Assembly: GCA_963721455.1 (NCBI GenBank)
Contig: CAVRJG010000038.1
Location: forward strand, 86,204-150,203
Source of the DNA: an uncultured Methanosarcinaceae archaeon
GTDB taxonomy: Archaea; Halobacteriota; Methanosarcinia; Methanosarcinales; Methanosarcinaceae
Length of the DNA: 64,000 bases
Reading direction: 5' to 3'
A program made the translations under genes and the position numbers. Every line of letters begins with the position of its first letter. The stretch's first letter is position 1. The notes beneath the pieces were generated by a model that worked only from the letters and a program-made list of their open reading frames with translations, did no database searches and was not told the DNA's origin. Below, piece by piece: positions 63,820-64,000 of the stretch.

Positions 63820-64000
63820 GTGTACGTTTTTAAATACTGTAGATAGTTATCTTCATACTAAACAGGAAAGTTGGACTTGTGGAAAAAATTCGATGGGAAA
63901 ATAAAATTGAGAATTACTTTGCTATGCTTCATTTCACATGCGCATGGATAACATTCAGAGCAGCGAGACTTTTCGGATAAGCTCTAAATTGGTTCGTATT

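Overview
A 64-kb window from a methanogenic archaeon, almost certainly Methanosarcina, judged from gene content (LonB, MptE, methanoredoxin/FDR, a PEF-CTERM protein, an intron-containing tRNA) and promoter style. Core genes: lonB-tldD-tldE, three universal stress proteins, cooS-cooF, mptE, ileS, a site-2 protease, a redox cluster (FDR, methanoredoxin, Isf, MFS), lpdA and a radical SAM/SPASM enzyme. Accessory DNA: a complete GC-richer bacterial-type N-ATPase operon (atpDCQRBEFAG) downstream of tRNA-Arg(UCG); a KaiC-like/response-regulator/K+ channel module; an IS4 (ISH8-type) element inserted in xth; a damaged IS630 truncating a PEF-CTERM gene; many MITEs, several with exact target-site duplications; and the start of an AT-rich glycosylation island. 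The most striking unannotated signal is a cas-less two-repeat CRISPR mini-array (38635-38743) with its own TATA box, directly upstream of a small Cys4 zinc-finger gene. A 53-aa, 9-Cys metallothionein-like ORF (46081-46242) is also missing from the ORF track. All family assignments come from motif recognition by eye; no searches were run.
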